64,000 nucleotides of DNA, from contig CAUHQV010000002.1 in the NCBI GenBank assembly GCA_959608625.1, forward strand, positions 18,746-82,745, in the 5' to 3' direction. The notes beneath the pieces were generated by a model that saw only the letters and a program-made list of their open reading frames with translations, was not told where the DNA came from and searched no databases. Source of the DNA: an uncultured Flavobacteriales bacterium. GTDB taxonomy: Bacteria; Bacteroidota; Bacteroidia; Flavobacteriales; UBA1820. A program made the translations under genes and the position numbers. Every line of letters starts with the position of its first letter. The first letter of the stretch is position 1. Shown piece by piece: positions 59,062 through 64,000 of the stretch.

Positions 59062-60585
59062 ATGACACGAATTAAAATACTATCCGGATTTTTCCTGTGG
59101 GCGCTGTTGTGTGCCGCGGTCGTATCCTGTGTAAAGGATGGGGTCGGCGATGCAGACCCGGATGATCCCAAAACGGGGAATTCGGCGTCGATTTCGTTGA
59201 AGATAAGGATAGGGGAAACAAACCCCGGTACCCGGGCCGGCGAACAGGACCCGGAGAAAAAGATTAGTTCGATCCGTATCGTATTGTACGATAAGGCCTC
59301 TGGTAAGGCCGAATATAGTTGGGACCTTCATGCCACCAACATTAATATAGCAGACGGTAGCATCATTCCTTTCCACGGGGGAGATGTTTCCGAAAACCCC
59401 ACCCAGCCCACCGAAACGTTCTTCGTTTCCAAAGCGCGGGAGGTAAAACGTGGAGACTATTACATGTTGGTCGTAGCCAATCCTTCACAGGAACTTATAG
59501 GTGTGACGAAAGAGGGAACATACGTATCCGGCATACGGGGAGTGCTGTCCGATATGACACCCGCCCAATTCATAGGGCCGGACGGCGAAATACAGATGGC
59601 CAACCATCAGGGTTTGGTCGAGGTGAGGGCGGACCGTGATTTCTGGGATACCGAGCTGGAAGCCCAGGACCACCCCGTATTTGTGGCGATAGAGCGCTCG
59701 CTGGCCAAGATCGTCGTGATGTCTTATAATATCCAGTTCCCCGGGAGCGCCTATGTGTCCAATCTTATGTGGAATGTGGACATCGTAAACAAACATACTT
59801 ACTGGCTCCGTCACATGGCTGAAAAGGCCGACGGTTTGCCGGAGCGCTATCTCGATACCGACCGGGAAAATTTCTATGCGGTCGACCCCAATTATTCCGG
59901 TTTCAGTGTCAATAACGGCACCGGTGACCAGGAGAAAGAGGCCCTGAAGAATGCGCTTCCCGACCAGTTCGCTTACATTGCGGAAGATGAAGTGGAAATG
60001 TACGCGCTGGACGATATGGGCTCTACGGTCTATGTGACCGAAAATACGATGGAAGCTGCCGAGCAGCGCCGGGACGTGACCACCCGTATCGTGATCAGCG
60101 GGACCTATTATCCCAACGGGCCTACCGACGACGACGGCCATTTCTATACGTATAACAATATGGTTATCACGGCTTCCGAAATGGCAGGCTATGCTTACGA
60201 CACGTATACCATTCCGGAACAATACGCCGGCCTGGCCGACGTGATCGATAAAATGTGGGACCAGGGATTCGATTTCGACAGTCCGGGCGCGGAAACCAAT
60301 AAGGCTTTCTCGGTGGACGGGCTCAATTTCTATAAATTCGGAAAAGTATATTATATCGTCTTGGTGCGGCATTTCAACGACGCCCAAAAACCGGTGTTCA
60401 TGTCGTACGGGCGTTACGGGGTAGTGCGCAACAATGCCTACGAAGTAAAAATACTGAGCATAGCGGGCCCTGGGTCTCCCGTATTCCCCGAACCGAACCC
60501 CGATCCGGACGACCTGGAAGATTGGCTCGTAGTCGAATTGAAAGTCGTGGATTGGGATGTGTATAACCTTCAGTTCGATTATTGA
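59062..60585 (+). CDS. Mfa1-class type V pilin (paralog B)
   Basis: It has the lipobox AAVVSC. It aligns by eye with paralog A (RIVLYDK..YSWDL, YYIVLVRHFND..YGRYGVVRNNAYEV) but has a different C-terminal strand. Confidence 0.75.
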   Translation: MTRIKILSGFFLWALLCAAVVSCVKDGVGDADPDDPKTGNSASISLKIRIGETNPGTRAGEQDPEKKISSIRIVLYDKASGKAEYSWDLHATNINIADGSIIPFHGGDVSENPTQPTETFFVSKAREVKRGDYYMLVVANPSQELIGVTKEGTYVSGIRGVLSDMTPAQFIGPDGEIQMANHQGLVEVRADRDFWDTELEAQDHPVFVAIERSLAKIVVMSYNIQFPGSAYVSNLMWNVDIVNKHTYWLRHMAEKADGLPERYLDTDRENFYAVDPNYSGFSVNNGTGDQEKEALKNALPDQFAYIAEDEVEMYALDDMGSTVYVTENTMEAAEQRRDVTTRIVISGTYYPNGPTDDDGHFYTYNNMVITASEMAGYAYDTYTIPEQYAGLADVIDKMWDQGFDFDSPGAETNKAFSVDGLNFYKFGKVYYIVLVRHFNDAQKPVFMSYGRYGVVRNNAYEVKILSIAGPGSPVFPEPNPDPDDLEDWLVVELKVVDWDVYNLQFDY

Positions 60586-60614
60586 TCACGGACTGCAAAA
60601 CGAAAAATAGTAAA

Positions 60615-61598
60615 ATGGCAATATATATGGACAAGTTCACCCGATATGTAAGATATGCGTGCCTGAGCGTCGTATTCCTGCTCGCCTCCTGCGTAAGGGA
60701 CGGTGCGGACGACGATGACTGCTATGCATATGTCCGTTTCATATACGATTACAATATGGAGTATGTGGATCTTTTCCCCAAAAAGGCGACGATCATCGAC
60801 CTCTATATTTTCGACGAGAACGGTGTGTTCGTCAAACTGGTGCAGGACCGCAACGGTTCGTTCGCGGACGATTTCAAGATACAGCTGCCTCTTCCGTATG
60901 AAGAGAAGACCTATAATTTCGTGGCGTGGTCCGGACTGTACGACCAGTCGTATATCTGCCCGCCGGCGATGACCCCCGGGGTTTCCACGATGAACGACCT
61001 CGAGGTGCAGGTGCAGGGCTTCCAGCAGAAATATGTCTGCGACGAACTGCATCCGCTGTGGCATGGCGTACTCAAGGCCAAGATCGGCGTGCAGCGGAAC
61101 CAGGTACTGACTATCGAGCTGATAAAAGATACCAACAAGTTCCGTGTCGTGATGCAGAACCTGGACGGCAGCCCGATAGATGTGTCGAATTACGAGGTTT
61201 ACCTGAGCAGCCCCAATGGACATTACAACTGCCACAATATCATACAGGACGATGCGGCTGCATCGATCAAATACGATTCGTACTATACGGCCAACGATGC
61301 CCAGACAGGCGCCGTCACCGAACTGAATACGATGCGGCTTTCCACCGAAAAAACGAATACATTGCACATCAATCACAAGATCTCGGGGCAGACCTTGGAT
61401 ATCCCGCTGAACACGTATATCAATGCGCTCAGGCTCCAAGAACACTCCTATATGCCGCTTCAGGAATATATGGACCGGGAGGATGCCTATCATGTGCTTA
61501 TCTTCTTCACTCCGAAACCCGGAGGCGAGGACGGATACCTTAGCGCGGATATAAACATCCAGCCGTGGTACATCCGGGACAGCGAGGTGGACGATTGA
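60615..61598 (+). CDS. FimB/Mfa2-class fimbrial anchor subunit
   Basis: It has the lipobox FLLASC and the N-terminal CYAYVRFIYDYNMEYVDLF..LYIFDENG pattern typical of Mfa2/FimB. The product is about 327 aa. An alternative ATG lies at 60627. Confidence 0.7.
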   Translation: MAIYMDKFTRYVRYACLSVVFLLASCVRDGADDDDCYAYVRFIYDYNMEYVDLFPKKATIIDLYIFDENGVFVKLVQDRNGSFADDFKIQLPLPYEEKTYNFVAWSGLYDQSYICPPAMTPGVSTMNDLEVQVQGFQQKYVCDELHPLWHGVLKAKIGVQRNQVLTIELIKDTNKFRVVMQNLDGSPIDVSNYEVYLSSPNGHYNCHNIIQDDAAASIKYDSYYTANDAQTGAVTELNTMRLSTEKTNTLHINHKISGQTLDIPLNTYINALRLQEHSYMPLQEYMDREDAYHVLIFFTPKPGGEDGYLSADINIQPWYIRDSEVDD

Positions 61599-61626
61599 TG
61601 GCTTTTCCTATTCCTAAAAACGGAAG

Positions 61627-61650
61627 CCACGCCTGCGGGCGTGGTTTTTT
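61627..61650 (+). terminator. Rho-independent terminator ending the pilus operon
   Basis: The stem is CCACGCC / GGCGTGG with loop TGCG, followed by TTTTTT. Confidence 0.8.
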
Positions 61651-61685
61651 ACGGCGACTTTCACTTTTTTCATGATTGATACTAA

Positions 61686-61723
61686 AATCCCTGTTCTTAT
61701 TAACCAAGAACGGGGATTTTTTT
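61686..61723. terminator. Second, bidirectional hairpin terminator
   Basis: The stem is AATCCCTGTTCTT / AAGAACGGGGATT (13 bp, one mismatch). T7 follows on the plus strand and TTTT on the minus strand, downstream of the DUF4434 gene. Confidence 0.6.
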
Positions 61724-61740
61724 AGAAGAGATAGTATCGT

Positions 61741-62838
61741 TTAGGTCAACCCAAAATATTCTTTGTAGCGGTCGTAGAGGTGCCCGGCTTGTAAATAGGC
61801 CGATTGCGGGCTCATGAAATGCGGGAATTCGAAAGTGATAGCCTTGGAATAACCCGCGCGTTTGGCCGCTTCGAGTTTCATGCGCAGTTTGTCGAACTTG
61901 ATCGGCAGAAAGCGGATCGGCATATCCCGGTCGAACGTTTCGGCATTGGTCCAGCATTCCAGACCGTACCGGTCGGCCATCTTTTTGTTCACTTCGAAGA
62001 ACGCGTCCAGCTCGTCGTAGTCGATATGCCCGTCCTGGAACGCGCATGCGTCGACCACGTCCTTGATCCCGTCGAATATCTCGCTCCATTCCCGCTCGTG
62101 TTCTTCCACGGATACGGCGTCCGCCTTGGTGAGTTCCTGCGAGACGCCCATCACGGCTTTTTTTCCGTCTATCCACGGGGATATGAAAGTCGGCAGGCCG
62201 CCGGATACATCCTTGCATTGTTTGCCCATCGCATGGAAAGCATCGATGGCGCCTTTGGTCTTGCGGCTGATCTCCCCGCTGATGTACCATCCGCCGAAGC
62301 TGTCGTATTTTTGTCCGTAGTTCTCCCATACTTCGTCGATCACATATTTGTTGTGTTCGATCTCCGGGGTCATATCGCCCGTATCCCAGTATTGCCCGGA
62401 ATCGTACAGCCCGAACCAGAATTTCATCCCGTATTTCCCGGCCAGCCGCAGGAACATGTCCAGCGTATCCACCGAGGGCATGTAGCACCCCTTGGACAGC
62501 AAGTACTTCGACGGATAGGTGATGAATTTCCGGTATCCGCTGCGGATCATGATGACGGTATCGATGCCGATAGCCTTCATATGGGCGAAATCGGCATCCC
62601 ATTCTTTTTCTCCCCAGTTCTGGTGCGGGATGTCGTGGGATATTTCATCGAGGAACGTCCCGGTGATTTTCAGGGCATTTCCGGGCGGTACGAGCAGGCC
62701 CGAACCGGCTCCGGAAAGGGATACGGCGGCTGTATTTTTATCCTGGGGGCTGCAGGAGCCTATGGCGGGCGCGGCGACGGCGGCAGCCCCCAGGACGGAT
62801 ATTTTTTTCAGGAATTCCCGGCGGTCGTTGTCGGACAT
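61741..62838 (-). CDS. Tat-exported DUF4434-like (glycosidase-like TIM barrel) lipoprotein
   Basis: It has the twin-arginine signal DRREFLKKISVLGAAAVAAPAIGSC. The body resembles DUF4434 as I recall it (GTFLDEISHDIPHQNWG..IDTVIMIR). Confidence 0.7.
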   Translation of the reverse strand: MSDNDRREFLKKISVLGAAAVAAPAIGSCSPQDKNTAAVSLSGAGSGLLVPPGNALKITGTFLDEISHDIPHQNWGEKEWDADFAHMKAIGIDTVIMIRSGYRKFITYPSKYLLSKGCYMPSVDTLDMFLRLAGKYGMKFWFGLYDSGQYWDTGDMTPEIEHNKYVIDEVWENYGQKYDSFGGWYISGEISRKTKGAIDAFHAMGKQCKDVSGGLPTFISPWIDGKKAVMGVSQELTKADAVSVEEHEREWSEIFDGIKDVVDACAFQDGHIDYDELDAFFEVNKKMADRYGLECWTNAETFDRDMPIRFLPIKFDKLRMKLEAAKRAGYSKAITFEFPHFMSPQSAYLQAGHLYDRYKEYFGLT

Positions 62839-62917
62839 AGCAAGAGGTAGTTTTTTCAGGGAGTAAGGTACGAATAAAAATCCCCGGGCGGAAATTCCGG
62901 CCCGGGGAGGGATATTT

Positions 62918-64000
62918 TTAAGCGGCAGCGTGTTTCAGACGCCCGGCCGGCGGGTTTTTGTGTTTGAATACAAAGGCGAACAAGACGCCCACTACCAGCG
63001 AATAGGCGGCGAAGACGAACCACGAATCGGGCCAGCCCACCACGTCGACCACTTTACCGGCGGCGTACGAGCCGAAGAACGCTCCGAAACCGTTGGTCAT
63101 GATCATGAACACCCCTTGCGCGCTCGAGCGGATGGTAGGGGAGGTCTGTTGGTTCACGTACAGCGAACCGGATATATTGAAGAAGTCGAAAGCGACCCCG
63201 TATACCAGCATCGAGAGGATAAGCATCCATACGCCGTCTCCAGGGTTGCCCGTGCCGAGCAGGCCGAAGCGCAGCACCCAGGCCGCCATACTGATCAGCA
63301 TCACGGTCTTGATGCCGAACCGCTTGAGGAAGAAAGGGATCAGCAGGATGCAGAGGGTCTCCGACGCCTGCGAGATAGATATCAGGATATTGGCATGTTC
63401 TACCCCGAAGGTTCCTTGGTAGGCCGCGATACTCCCGAAGTGGTTGGTCAGGTAGTCGTTGGCGAAAGCATTGGTGATCTGCAGGGAGACGCCCAGCAGC
63501 ATGGAAAAAATGAAGAATATAGCCATTTTCCGCTCCTTGAACAGCGTAAAGGCGCGAAGGCCCATCGCATCCACCCAGCCCTTCTTTTCGGGGTTCTTCG
63601 TCACCGGGCAATGGGGCAGGGTAAAGGAATACAACCCCAGGACAATCCCTATACCGGCCGCCATGTACAACTGCCCGGCGGATTTGGTCAGGCCGAAGAC
63701 GTCGACCAGGATCATGGCGCAGATAAACCCGACGGTACCCCATACACGGATGGGGGGGAAGTGCTTTACGGTATCCAGCCCGACTTTGTCCAGCGAATAG
63801 TACGCTACGGAATTGGACAGGGAGATGGTCGGCATATAGAACATGACGCTGGCCAGCATCATCGAATAAAGCCATACGTACTCATGCTGCTGGGCAGCTA
63901 CCAGCATGAATGCCGCCGCCGCCAGATGGCATATTCCCAATAGTTTTTGTGCGGGAACCCATCGGTCGGCGATGATACCCATCAGGGCGGGCATGAACAG
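62918..64000 (-). CDS. nupG: NupG/XapB-family nucleoside:H+ symporter (5' end lies right of the window)
   Basis: Its similarity to E. coli NupG is recognisable by eye (GIIADRW, YMPTISLSNSVAYYSL, FPPIRVWGTVGFI). The ORF is open to the window edge. Confidence 0.85.
   Translation of the reverse strand: MFMPALMGIIADRWVPAQKLLGICHLAAAAFMLVAAQQHEYVWLYSMMLASVMFYMPTISLSNSVAYYSLDKVGLDTVKHFPPIRVWGTVGFICAMILVDVFGLTKSAGQLYMAAGIGIVLGLYSFTLPHCPVTKNPEKKGWVDAMGLRAFTLFKERKMAIFFIFSMLLGVSLQITNAFANDYLTNHFGSIAAYQGTFGVEHANILISISQASETLCILLIPFFLKRFGIKTVMLISMAAWVLRFGLLGTGNPGDGVWMLILSMLVYGVAFDFFNISGSLYVNQQTSPTIRSSAQGVFMIMTNGFGAFFGSYAAGKVVDVVGWPDSWFVFAAYSLVVGVLFAFVFKHKNPPAGRLKHAAA

Overview
This is a 64-kb chromosomal segment from a GC-rich Bacteroidales-type genome. 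The assignment rests on gene content, many lipoprotein signal peptides, TAnnTTTG -7 promoter boxes and type V pilus genes. Rikenellaceae/Alistipes-like is only a guess and cannot be verified here. I support about 58 protein-coding genes. Most are housekeeping: secA (5' truncated by the window edge), cdd, nadE, alr, a ROK kinase/MFS/SIS cassette, bfr-like, ugd, gyrB, greA, a HIT protein, fhs, recQ, kpsF, tatC, lptB, dacB, purL, yggS, rsmD, serA-serC, and a nupG-like permease (5' truncated at the right edge). I recognised no rRNA, tRNA, CRISPR array, transposase, integrase or obvious defence system. The accessory content is concentrated in three places. (1) A type V (Mfa/FimA-class) pilus locus at about 52.4-61.7 kb. 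It has a DUF3575-like barrel, a DUF3868/OmpA/TPR protein, two Mfa1-class pilins, an Mfa2-class anchor and a divergently encoded FimA-superfamily lipoprotein. It also carries a start-less duplicated gene remnant, an intercistronic terminator, a 35-nt perfect palindrome, and a promoter/leader module shared with the neighbouring EEP gene. (2) A tightly packed SPFH / two membrane proteins / Arc-RHH cassette at 49.2-51.4 kb, with a tandem repeat overlapping its predicted promoter. (3) A small orphan insert between rsmD and serA. I also see a terminator-like hairpin in the greA leader. All family names come from motif recognition by eye; no database search was possible. Start codons are often uncertain by a few codons.
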